Below are positions 42,406 through 52,986 of a DNA stretch of 64,000 nt, piece by piece. The notes under the pieces are model-generated. The model made no database searches. It was not told the origin of the DNA and saw nothing but the letters and a program-made list of their open reading frames with translations. A program made the position numbers and the translations under genes. The stretch is from Candidatus Marinacidobacterales bacterium (GTDB lineage Bacteria; Acidobacteriota; Vicinamibacteria; Marinacidobacterales; SMYC01): NCBI GenBank assembly GCA_965237955.1, contig OZ250169.1, positions 3,328,001 through 3,392,000 of the forward strand, written 5' to 3'. Within the stretch, counting starts at the first letter, position 1. The number at the start of each line of letters is the position of its first letter.

Positions 42406-43808
42406 CAGGTTAAGTGCTCCGGCTGAACCCTTGCGGCCAACGATTATCGACGGAGACTCGGTCAGCGGTGTCTCGCAGGACCCTACGATCCCCTCCTGTG
42501 CCAAAACTCGGCCTTTTTGCAATTTGGACAGAAGGGCTGATTTCCTAAGAAAGGCCGATCAACAACGGGCCGAAGAGCGACGATGGACGGGATGCTCTCA
42601 AGCCTTGCCGGATCCTGGTTGATACAAAATCCGAGGCAAGTGAGGGCATCAATGAAGCCCAGGCACACCTGGACCAGAACGTGCTAGCCCGCTACGCCAC
42701 GGTAGCCCCGGCCTCGATTCTGGATCCCTCGGGTGGCCTCATTTTGGCGGCCGCACGGCCCTGCCAGCGGCCCACTTCCCCCTTTGGCGCAAACGTGGCA
42801 CTCGAAAATCGAGATTAGAGACGAATACCGAAAATGAGGCCAGTTCAACCCCTTCTAGCGCGTCTCTGGTGCCACCTACCCCTGCGAAACCCCGCCAACC
42901 GCGCAGAAAATCTCACCCGTCTCTGCAGTGCCACAATTGGCCAGACTGGGTGGCGGATGGTGCAGGTTGGAGCTATCCGGTCTCGGCAAAAGGCGGTCCA
43001 GCTTTTGGCGGAAATCCTCAAAGAGAAAAATAAGTGGAGATTCAGGAGGTTTCGAGTTTCGCGCATTTCTTGACTTTCTTGACGCGTACACAGGTTTTGG
43101 GAGAAGGCTGTTTTACGCCCTCTCGGGTTTCAACCATGATGCCCACGTCGTTCTATCCGATTCTCCTACAGTGATTTAACGGCCTTCGTCACGTGCTGGT
43201 CCCCGCACGCCTCATCGACGGGTGGTCGTTCGAGCCGGAATCGAAGTTGCTTCAATCAAATTTTTTATACGGCAATCTCAACCTCCTGGACGCTTGAAAG
43301 AGGGCCGTGTCGTAAACCCTCCGGAGGCGGCTCCGACCGTTACTCATTGTCGCAAAAGGCTTTACGTCTTATCAGCGAATGTTCGTCGACGGGAACATCT
43401 TTCCGGCTATCGCAGTCGGGAGGCTTGAGTGGAGCTTCCGATTCTTGGCTGGAAACGATCAGAAACAGAGCTAAACAGGCCATTAACGTGCAATTTGGGC
43501 CGGTTTTGGGGCTTATCGGGCCGTTTTTGCGCTTAATCGTGCAGACAATGAGAAGACGCTTAACGCCTAGATCGCGCCTGAGGAGAAGGCGAATGGCGGA
43601 ATTCGAATTGGCCAAACCTCGAATTCATCCAGCGGAATTTTACGGAGGAAACGAAGATGACTCCGCAGACGGTCCAGTACAAGGAGCTATCCGAGTCTGG
43701 AAACCATGACAGGGAATTTGGGCCAGTTTGAGGCTGATTGGTGGAGGCCAGTGTCGGAGAGCAGCTTGCTGCTAACCGAGCCCATTCACGGAGTGAGCGC
43801 TGGCAGGC

Positions 43809-46800
43809 TCACAGCGTTTTGACGAGCACTCGCTGTTTCTCCCAATCGTCGGGAAGCGGATGATGCAAGAGGTAGCTCGAGGTCAGCCCAACGGGCTGAC
43901 GGCCTTCGATAATGGCGCGGACAATGTCGGGGGCCAGGAAGGCATAACGGATTGCCTTGCGCACGCGGTCCGTTGGGATGGCGTCTTCGGTGGCAATCTC
44001 CTCATAGGTTTTGCCTGCTTTGATTCGGTCGAGCCAGGAGAGAGCGTTGGCGGTATTGCGCAGGAGTGTGCGGTCGACGGATTTCGTGGGGTTGCCCAGA
44101 ACGAGCTTGGTCTCGACGCCGCGTCGACGCAAGCGGAACGGTGCGAGGATGCGGAGTGCATCCTCGCGAATGCGTTCGGGTCCCATAGAGAGGCAAGCAG
44201 CGAACGCATCGCGGTCGAGCAGGATGGACACAGAGCCGGGGCTGATGTCGACCCGCCGGATAAGACGGAGCAGGGGGGCTGCCGAGGCACTATCATTCTT
44301 GCTACCGGAACACAGCCCGTCTAAAAAGCGACGCACCGAGGCGAGCTCTTGCATCGTCGGAGTGTGGATCAACGAGGCCGAGAAGGTTGTGTATTGGTTC
44401 AGCGTGAAGATGACAGCGAGGTTGGACGTTAACGCAACACCCGGCGGCAGGATGTCCCCTATCGCCCCAGGGATCGTACCAGAGTGCTCGGGGGCGTCAA
44501 GGGTAAAGCGCGCTGCGCGCGGTAAAGCGCGCTGCGCGCGCCGGCTTCGCCGCCCTTGACGCCCCCTGCGCTCTCTGGTACTCAATGCTTGTGGGCGAGA
44601 GGGAACGGAGTGGGGCTCCTGGGATCAGAGTGTTCATGCGGGCACCTTGTTCGCACGGCGCTCACGCCGCAGCTTCCGAGCCTGCTCGAGTTTGCGGTCT
44701 CGCTCCGACCAGATCTGGGTGGCCTTGCCATCCATGAAGTCCAGCGGCGCAATGTAGCCGATCGCGCTGTGCAGGCGAACCCCGTTGTAATATTCGACGA
44801 ATCGTTCCATCAAGCGGCGAGCCTCTTCGAGGCTCGTGGGGCTGGCAGGACGCAGGGCGTCCGATTTTATCGTCTTGTGCCAACGCTCGATCTTCCCGTT
44901 CGATTGCGGGTAGTACGGCGCGGTCCTCACGTGCGTCATCCCTGAGATGCGGATGAATGCCTTGAAGTCCTTCGCGATGTACTGCGGACCGTTGTCCGAG
45001 ATGATTCGAGGCCGCGCATCGGGGTACCGCTCCTTTGCTCGCTCCAAGATGCACTCCACATCCGCTTCCGTCATCGACTCACGAATCTCCCAGTGAACCA
45101 CCGCGCGGCTCGCACCATCCAGAAACGAGCAGAGGTAGTAGAACGTCCCACCCAGGTTCAAGTACGAGATATCCGTGTGCCAGTGCTGGTGCGCTCGCAG
45201 CGGCTGAACGAAGCCCGTTCCCTTCTTCGACGGCTTCGGGTTCCAACGGTCCAGACGACCCGCCTTCGACAACACCCGGTACGTCGTCGAGGGGCTAACT
45301 GCCACCACGTCTTCGTCCAGCATCATGAACGTGAGTCGGCGATACCCGTCCAGTGGGTGGCAGTCGAAGTAGTCGATCACGGACTGGCGCTCCCATTCTT
45401 CGATCCAGTGATCCCGCGGCACCAGGCCGTTGTGCTCATTCACCTTCCCGTACCGCTTGCGCCAGTCGTAGAACTTGCCCCGAGCGATCCCGCACCACTG
45501 AACGATCTGCTGGACCGGAAGCTGGGTCTTGGTGGCGATTGTGTTCACGAAGTCGACAACCTCGTCACGACGGTCATGGGGAATCCAGGCACCACTCAGG
45601 CTTCCCCAAGTTTTTTTTGAGTGTCACGTACTCTTCGGTCACCTCAGCGATGATCTGATCCTTACGGGCCACCTTCGCCTCGAGACGGGAGAGCTTCTCC
45701 TCTAGCTCCTTCTCACGGCTCGGCGCACGACGGAACGAAAACACCGTATGGGCTCCAGCCAATAGCTCCCTTTGCCATGTGTAGAACAGGCTCGGCTGGA
45801 TTTCTGCCTCGTTGCATACCTCCGAGACCGGCTTTTTCTCGGCAACGTGCTGGCGCAACAGCTCTGCCTTTTGCTCCGCAGTGTGACGACGACGACCTTT
45901 GCTCATGACAGCTCCTTTTTCCATGTGCGTATTTTAACTTCAGGACTGTCATGTTCCAGCTGAACCGAAACAGTTGTGGCATCCACATGCTGTCGGATGA
46001 GATGCACGACGGTCTGTTCCAGCATCGGGGCGGGCAGTCGCCAGCCGGAGAGGTCCTTTTGGCCACTGTGCTGGATGAGGCGCCGGGAGACGTAGTAGCG
46101 GAGCCGTTGCCCGTTTTTCTTTTTGGTGTGGCTCGGCGTCAGCCGGTCCCCGGTCTCGTCGAAGAGCTTGCCTGCCAGTGGGGAAGGGGCGGCACGGCCC
46201 TTCGTCGTGCGTCTCCTTGGTTTGGCAGCCCCTGCCTGCAGCTGCGTTTGGACCGCGTCCCAGAGCTCCGGAGCAATGATCGATGGATGCTGGCCCTCGT
46301 AGACACGCCTCTGGTGCCGGATGCGGCCGGCGTAGAGAGGATTGGTCAGCAGGCAGTGGAGGTGTCCGCGACGGAACGGCAGCCCGCCCGTTCGGGTTCC
46401 ATCCGCGGTGAAGCGTTGCTTGGTACGCAGTCTCAGACGGTCCGCCTCGGCCTTCACCTGCCGGAGCGTTTCGTGCTTTCGGTACAGCGCATAGAGCGTC
46501 CGGACCGTTTCGGCCTCAGCCTCGTTGATGCGCAGCGTGCGCCCGTCCTTCTCATAGCCTAGCGGTACGCGGCCGCCCATCCATAGTCCCTTGCGCTTGG
46601 AGGCAGCGACCTTATCGTGGATCCGCTCGGCCGTGACCTCGCGTTCGAATTGTGCGAAGGACAGCAGCATATGCAGCGTCAGTCGTCCCATGCTGGTCGC
46701 GGTGTTGAAGGACTGAGTCACCGAGACGAAAACCGCGCCGGCCGCCTCGAGCCGCTCGACGAGCTTCGCAAAGTCGGAGAGGGAACGGGTCAGCCGGTCG

Positions 46801-47057
46801 ACCTTGTAGACCACAATCTGGTCGACGAGACCTGCGTCGATGTCGGCGAGCAAGCGCTGCAGGCCCGGGCGCTCCAGGGTTCCTCCCGAGAGCCCCGCGT
46901 CCTCGTAGACAGTTGGCAGCAGCACCCAGCCCTCCGCTTTCTGGCTCGCGACATACGCGGCGCAGGCTTCTCGCTGCGCATCGAGGGAGTTGAACTCCTG
47001 TTCGAGACCCTCTTCCGCACTCTTTCGCGTATAGATGGCACAGCGGATCTTCTTCAT
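43809..47057 (-). pseudogene. Large serine recombinase copy 2, interrupted by IS3
   Basis: Highly similar to 28466-30127; split at VDATT|FSASL. Confidence 0.92.
44390..45972 (-). mobile_element. Intact IS3 family element (orfA 45574-45906; orfB ending 44634)
   Basis: IRs TGTATTGGTTCAGCGTGAAGATGACAG / TGTTTCGGTTCAGCTGGAACATGACAG; GTTG duplicated at 44386 and 45973; A8 slippery run at 45611-45618; WHTDISY, SDNG, PQSNGKIERW. Confidence 0.95.
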
Positions 47058-47058
47058 G

Positions 47059-47497
47059 TTAGGCCTTGCGCTTGGGCGTGAGACCGAAAAAGCGTGGTCC
47101 TGACCAGTGGGTGCCGGTGATTCGCTTTGCGATGGTAGTGAGGGACGGATAGGTTTTGCCATCGAACCGATAGCCGTTGTCGATTACCTCGACCTGGTAG
47201 GTTCGGCCATTCCACTCGCGGACGAGATGGGTGCCGGCAGAAACGGACCCTGCGGGCGCGTCGGCGCCGTTGCCTGGCGTCCCGTTCGCCATGGCAGCCA
47301 GAGCCGCGCCGTGTTGCGGCCGAATGCCAGCCAAGGGTCCGGCACTGGCGTTCGTACGCAAGAACGCGGCGCATGAAAACACGAGAGAGCGAGCTTGGAG
47401 GAGCAGCCCCAAAGGTCTGCTCCCAGACCCGCCGTAAGCTGGCGAAGTCCAAACCGTCCAAAACGACGTTCCGGCCAACCCCTGTATCCTGCGGCAT
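47059..47497 (-). pseudogene. DUF2924 protein copy 2 (frameshift near 47305)
   Basis: Two overlapping frames reconstruct the copy-1 protein. Confidence 0.8.
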
Positions 47498-47748
47498 CAC
47501 CGAACGTTCGCTCTTGTGCTCGATAAAGTCCAGTCTAATGAGGGACTTCCGGGTGCGCAGTCCGTTGCTCGTAGCTCGCCCCGCAGCCGATTTGAGCCAG
47601 CCGTGCGCACCCCCGGTGGGCCTGTCGCTCGCCACCCGCAGCCCAGGGGTCATAAGCCAGCCCTGCGGCGCGAAATACACTCGATTCTGCGCGGATTCCA
47701 AGGGCGTCTAAGCTGCTGATTTGTGGTCTATTTCAAAAGGGCCGAGTT

Positions 47749-48417
47749 TTGGCACAGGACGGGGTATACTTCGCCTCAAGAATGTTCTACCGATCTCCGG
47801 ATGCATATCGGCGATTTGCCCGGGAAGCTATACGTAAAAAGCGAGCAAAGGATCGGGCAAAGGCGAACACTGGGAAGCCGACGAAAACCAAAGCATTGCA
47901 GGTTGCGGAGCCCCCACCAATCCGACCGGAGGTGCTAACGGGCGAGGGAGATGTTGGCGAACGGGTTGCTACCCTTGGGCGTTGTTTCGCCGACGGGGTG
48001 ATACACCACTACCACCTATCGACGGGCCACATGGCCCAGATGCCACGCTCGGATGTTCGCCCTGAGACGCTGGCCGCGTTGCGGCCCATTATCAAGGTGG
48101 CCACCAGCGGCCATGTGGTGCCGTTGCCCGGATTCACCGAATACTTTCTAAGCATCAGGAACACCTGGATCGGCGCGGTGGGCTGGCTCATTGAGGGAAC
48201 CGAGCGCCGAGTCATGGTTCGTTGCGTGACGGCCTGGACGGTCGGGGGCGCAACGAAGGGCGTGCGCTGGTTGGCGGCGGAGCTACCGGCGGAGCTGGAC
48301 TTGCCCTGTTGTCTGGTCAGGCTTGGAGTACCACTGCTTGAGGACCCCGTCGCGGCAAGTTTGCTTGATGATGCTGAGCAGTGCATTGGCTGGGCGTTGC
48401 TACCCACCGCGCCCTAG
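47749..48417 (+). CDS. Hypothetical protein (5' end overlaps an element end; probably truncated)
   Basis: 222-aa ORF, no recognised motif. Confidence 0.45.
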   Translation: MAQDGVYFASRMFYRSPDAYRRFAREAIRKKRAKDRAKANTGKPTKTKALQVAEPPPIRPEVLTGEGDVGERVATLGRCFADGVIHHYHLSTGHMAQMPRSDVRPETLAALRPIIKVATSGHVVPLPGFTEYFLSIRNTWIGAVGWLIEGTERRVMVRCVTAWTVGGATKGVRWLAAELPAELDLPCCLVRLGVPLLEDPVAASLLDDAEQCIGWALLPTAP

Positions 48418-48518
48418 CCTTTTTACCGGCATCGTCAAGTTGAGGCTGACGGCCGTTTCTGATGCGCAGCATGGTGGGTTCACCACGGGCTTGAGCCTAG
48501 TATCTTGGGGGTCGGTCT

Positions 48519-48574
48519 CGTCCTGTCCAAAAACACAAACGAACTCGAGTTCGTTTGTATTTTTGGACACGACG
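48519..48574. mobile_element. 56-bp minimal MITE (two ends fused into a hairpin)
   Basis: CGTCCTGTCCAAAAACACAAACGAACTC|GAGTTCGTTTGTATTTTTGGACACGACG. Confidence 0.8.
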
Positions 48575-48829
48575 AGTTCGGGCGCGCCAGTTGGACGGAA
48601 CGGATGGTCTGCAGGAGAGGTCTGCTCGGGGTCGCCTATCGCAGAGCCAGTACCGCGTCGGCTGGTCTCCGCGAGTTTTGAGAACGCCTCTAGGATTCGA
48701 CCTTGCCGCTCCGTTCGCGTTTTCGGACAGGACGGGCACGGCGAGTACTTACGTTCGATATCTCGTCGCTTCGCCGAAAGACGCCCCGGCTCGATAGGTC
48801 ACATAACCCTTGGCGGGAAGTGTGCAGGA

Positions 48830-48907
48830 GCGCGTAGTGCGGGAAAGCCGCACGCTGCGTGCGATGTGGCGGGGGCTGGAAACGGACTTACGGTGCGGCT
48901 AGTGAGG
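48830..48907 (+). ncRNA. Group II intron 3' remnant (domain V and start of domain VI), cut by IS5
   Basis: GCGCGTAG-TGCGG-GAAAG-CCGCA-CG-CTGCGTGC hairpin with 2-nt bulge, then GATGTGGCGGGGGCTGGAAAC. Confidence 0.75.
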
Positions 48908-49995
48908 TGCCTTGGTGCACAACTCCGATAGAGGCCGAGAGCTCGCTTGGCCCCGACTCCCATCATCCGGTCATCTCGCTATCAGGCATCCCGAGCGCCG
49001 TCATGGTGTTGAGAATCTTGCACCCGATCCTTGCCTCGACTCTCTGTGCCGCCAACCCTCTCGCTCGCATCGCTGAGCCCACGATAGCCTTGTAGCGATG
49101 GAACGTTGTCTCGACTTTGCTCCGTTTGCTGTAGCCCGATTCTGTGTGCCACTTTCGTTTGCCGAGCCGAGCTTGTGCTGCAATGTTGCGATTGCGCTGT
49201 CGGCTGCTCGCCGGCCCCGATGCGAGCTGGGCGCCCTTGCGCGGCGGTATCAACACCCTCGGCGAGCGATGAGCGCTGTGATTCTCGATCGCCTCATAGA
49301 CACCGCCGGCGTCGTATGCGGTGTCAGCTCTGGCCGATGAGATGGGACTGTCGATCTGTCCGACAAGCGATGCAACCCGCGATGAATCGCGGGCTCTTTT
49401 GCTCGTCAGCTCGCCGGCGACGACTTCGCCAGTCTGCTCGTCGACACACAGATGGAGCTTGCGATAGTCCCTGCTCTTTGGTGCTCTGCGCAGCTGGCCG
49501 GCGTGGACAGCGAGACCGCTGCTGTCGATCAAGATGTGCAACGGCGTCTTCTGCTTGTCTTGGTAAGAAGGGGACCTTACCCAGCTTCGCCTTGCGCCTC
49601 GAGATCGTGGTGTGATCGGGCACATCATTGTCTAGCTTCATCAGAGCGAACAACGATCGCAGCAATCCCTCGCTCTGCCTAGATGACAGATGAAACACCA
49701 TGCCCAGGGTGACAGCCGTCTCGATGGCGTGGTTCGAGTACTTGCGTTGACGACCCGGTTTCCTCCTCCTTGGCCGGGGCGCGTCCCAGTTCACAAGCTT
49801 GCCGGCGGTGAGCGAGATCCAGACGGTCAGGCTCCCGCGGTTGCGTAGACCCGCCTCATATTCACGCCAATTCCTCACGCGATAGGCCTTCTTCACATAC
49901 TTCCGCTGAGTGCGTTTGAAAATGCTCATGGGGAACCTCGTATCCGCGAGTACAGGACAATTGTGGACCGAGATCGCGAGTTGTGCACCAAGGCA
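48908..49995 (-). mobile_element. IS5 family copy 4 (1-nt insertion frameshift at ~49565)
   Basis: Same IRs; 1088 bp versus 1087 bp. Confidence 0.93.
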
Positions 49996-50535
49996 ACGAC
50001 GCTTTCGTCGTTCTCCGGCAATGGTCAAGTCGATGGTCATCGCGTTCAGATCGATGCGCTCCTCGATGATCTCGAACATTCCCTCCGTTCGGTGACACGG
50101 CCCGATGTTTCGGTCGAGCTTCCCCAAGAGTCCGGCTCGCTTTCGCTCGTCCGCGGCGATGAGCGACTGATCCGTGATCTCGTCCTGGCTCTGGTGACGA
50201 ATGCCGCCGAGTCCATGGGCCACGACGGTGGCACGGTTTCGATTTCGATCGGCACCGCGGATATCGATGCGGCCGCGCTTGCGCGTGCGTACTTGGGCAA
50301 AGGAAAAAAGCCGGGAAGTTACGTATACCTCGAAGTCTCCGACACCGGCTTGGGTATGGACGAGGATACGCTCGCCAAGAGCTTCGTTCCGTTCTTCAGC
50401 ACGAAGCCCGAGCATCGCGGACTCGGTCTTGCAACGGTGCTCGGTGTCATGCGCGCTCACTGCGGGGCGGTAACGTTCGATAGCGAGCCCGAGAAGGGCT
50501 CGTCGGTGCGCGTCCTGTTTCCAACGACGACTTGA
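49996..50535 (+). pseudogene. Sensor histidine kinase HATPase domain, 5' part lost at IS5
   Basis: LVTNAAE, EVSDTGLGM, PFFSTK, GLGLA, S.P.KGS. Confidence 0.85.
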
Positions 50536-50641
50536 GCTTCCGCCGGACTTCCGTCAAGGGCTCCTAATGGAATCGCGTCGCTAGAGGCGGATACCTGATT
50601 ATCGAAGACGCGGGGCCCAGTTCCAGTTACAATGCGAGGCC

Positions 50642-51899
50642 ATGGCGGATCCGGAACTGCTTGCGATTCTGCGCCGGGGGCCGAAGGCCTGGAACCGATA
50701 CCGGGATGAGGGCTCCGATGGGGAGACACCGGACCTGTCGCGCGCGGACCTCTCGGGCCTCGACCTGCGCGAGGCCGATCTCCACGGCGCGAACCTCACT
50801 GGGGCCAATCTCGCCGAGGCGAAGCTGGAAGGCGCGGTTCTGACCGATGGGCAGCTCGCTCAGGTCCAGGCCCAAGCCGCCAATTTCGACGGCGCCACGC
50901 TCCACCGTGCGCGGATGACCGGCGCTCAGCTCTCACACGCGACGCTCAACGATGCCGACCTCACCGGGGCCGATCTGACCCGCGCCAACCTCGTCTCCGC
51001 GCGGTTGCGCCGCGCCAATCTCTCCGGGGTCCAGCTCCAGATGGCGAACGCTTCCCAGGCGATTCTCGATGGAGCCCAGCTTCCGGTGGCCAACCTGAAG
51101 GGGGCGGTCTTCTCGGCTGCCAGTCTCGAAGGCGCGAAGCTTCCGGGAGTGAACCTCGAAGGTGCGCGGCTACCGATGGCGAACTTGCGCAACGCCGACT
51201 TGACCCGCTCAGAGGCAACCGGGGCTCACTTGCAGCGAGTGATTCTCTACGACGCGAATCTCACCGGGGCGAGCCTGGGTGGGGTCGAGCTGATGGACGC
51301 TGACCTGAGCGGTGCGCAGCTCCCGCTGGCAAATCTCGAAGGCGCGCGTCTTCAGAGATGCCGTCTCGGCGGGGCCGATTTGAGTCAAGTGAACCTACGC
51401 GGCGATTCTCGTCGACGATCTGGAGATGGTCCAGCTCTTGGAGACGCTCCTCGTCGAGTCCCGATGGCGTGAGCTCATCGCGCCGAACGCTCTCCGGATG
51501 GTGCTGGTGCTCGGCCGGTTTCCGGAGTGGCGGCGCCCTCACCTCGATGCGATCCGCGACCAGCTTCGGGGGCGGCACTACGCGCCGGTGGCGATTGATC
51601 TCGAGAATCCCGTTGGACCGAAGCTCCACGCGGTGATCGGGAACCTCGCGCACTTGGCTCGTTTCATCATTGCGGATCTCGCCGGAAGTCGAGAGTTCAT
51701 TGGCGATATCCAGCCGTTCGCACTCGCCCTCCGTGTGCTGCCGCTCCAAGCTATCATGCCGGAAGGAGAGGAGCTCATGGAGCTTCCCGGCATTTGGGGC
51801 AAAGATCCCTATCGCTACCGCGACACCGACCATCTCGTCCAGACGTTCGCGAAAAGCGTGCTCGGGCCGCTCGAACAAAAGCTCGCGTCGGTCTCATGA
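50642..51899 (+). pseudogene. Pentapeptide-repeat protein with C-terminal alpha/beta (TIR-like) domain, frameshifted near 51400
   Basis: A(D/N)LxxA repeats; second frame ILVDDLEMVQ...VLVLGRF...LAHLARFIIADL. Confidence 0.75.
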
Positions 51900-52423
51900 A
51901 GTATCGCTACCTCGACAGCCCGTTCGGCCGGGTGTTGGTCGCGGGCGACGGAGACAGCCTTCAATGGCTTTCGTTCACACGAGGTCGGCAGAAGGCGACG
52001 TTGTTGTCCGAATGGACCGAGGACAATCGCAACACCCTGTTGCGAGAAGCGGGCCGGGAGCTCTATGCCTATTTCGCCGGGAAGAGGGAACGCTTCGCAC
52101 TGCCACTGGAGCCCCAGGGCACGGCGTTTCAAAAGCGCGTGTGGAAAAAGTTGGTCTCGATTCCTTACGGCAAGACCGTCAGTTACAGCGACCTCGCGCG
52201 CCGTATCGGACGCCCGCGTGCGTATCGCGCCGTGGGCGCCGCGAACGGGCAAAATCCCATCTCCGTCATCATTCCCTGTCACCGGGTGCTCGGCAAAAAC
52301 GGTGACTTGACGGGCTACGGCGGGGGCCTCGATATGAAGCGGAGACTTCTGGAGCTCGAGCGATGTACGAAGGAAAAACGTTCCGAACGTCGCTCAGTGA
52401 TCGAGGAGGTTTGTTCAGCGTGA
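51896..52423 (+). CDS. ogt: Methylated-DNA--protein-cysteine methyltransferase
   Basis: GTAFQ.RVW, IPYG, RAVGAANG.NP, IPCHRV, GYGGG. Confidence 0.95.
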   Translation: MKYRYLDSPFGRVLVAGDGDSLQWLSFTRGRQKATLLSEWTEDNRNTLLREAGRELYAYFAGKRERFALPLEPQGTAFQKRVWKKLVSIPYGKTVSYSDLARRIGRPRAYRAVGAANGQNPISVIIPCHRVLGKNGDLTGYGGGLDMKRRLLELERCTKEKRSERRSVIEEVCSA

Positions 52424-52908
52424 GAGGCCGGTGGCTCATCGTGGTGGCGCTGCTCCTTCTGACTCTCGCGTGCGATCAGACGTCGAAGCGTCTCGCGGCC
52501 GAGCTCCTCAAGGGCTTGGGTCCACACCCTTACATGGGTGGCTCGGTAGTGTTCCTGTACGCGGAGAACTCGGGCGCTTTCCTTGGTCTCGGAGCTCGAC
52601 TGAGCGAGGCAACGCGATTTTGGTTGTTTACCGTCGGTGTTTCCGGGCTGCTCGTTCTCTTTCTTTTCAAACTCCACCACGCGGGGAGCAAGACCGAGCT
52701 CATCGGGTGGTCGCTCATCGTTGGCGGCGGTCTCGGAAATCTCATGGACCGGCTGCTCCATGACGGAAGAGTGATTGACTTCCTTCGCGTCGGTGTCGGT
52801 GACGTCCGCACTGGAGTTTTCAACCTGGCCGATGCCGCCATTGTGGTCGGTCTGGCAGCCCTCGTCGTGACCGCGCTCATGCCGCGACCATCGAGCGAGG
52901 CGCGCTAG
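52420..52908 (+). CDS. lspA: Signal peptidase II
   Basis: DQTSK, N.GAF, GG.GNL.DR, VIDF, FNLADAAI. Confidence 0.93.
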   Translation: MRGRWLIVVALLLLTLACDQTSKRLAAELLKGLGPHPYMGGSVVFLYAENSGAFLGLGARLSEATRFWLFTVGVSGLLVLFLFKLHHAGSKTELIGWSLIVGGGLGNLMDRLLHDGRVIDFLRVGVGDVRTGVFNLADAAIVVGLAALVVTALMPRPSSEAR

Positions 52909-52986
52909 GCCGTTCACACGGGCGGTGGTTGTTTTCGACTCCGAGGTCAGATCGCGTAGAATGCGGGCGTTCCTGCCGGAGACGAC

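Noticed and set aside
44502-44540. 19-bp tandem duplication GGTAAAGCGCGCTGCGCGC
   Set aside because: Only two units, inside the IS3 3' non-coding region; most likely local slippage.
23699-47764. 57-bp repeats as a CRISPR array or as attC sites
   Set aside because: They are dispersed in both orientations with irregular kb-scale spacing, no cas genes are present, and they lack RYYYAAC/GTTRRRY boxes.
41178-50460. Extended 390-aa and 378-aa transposase ORFs, and 43809-44585, as novel fusion proteins
   Set aside because: The extensions are read-through across IS ends into antisense or unrelated flanking DNA.
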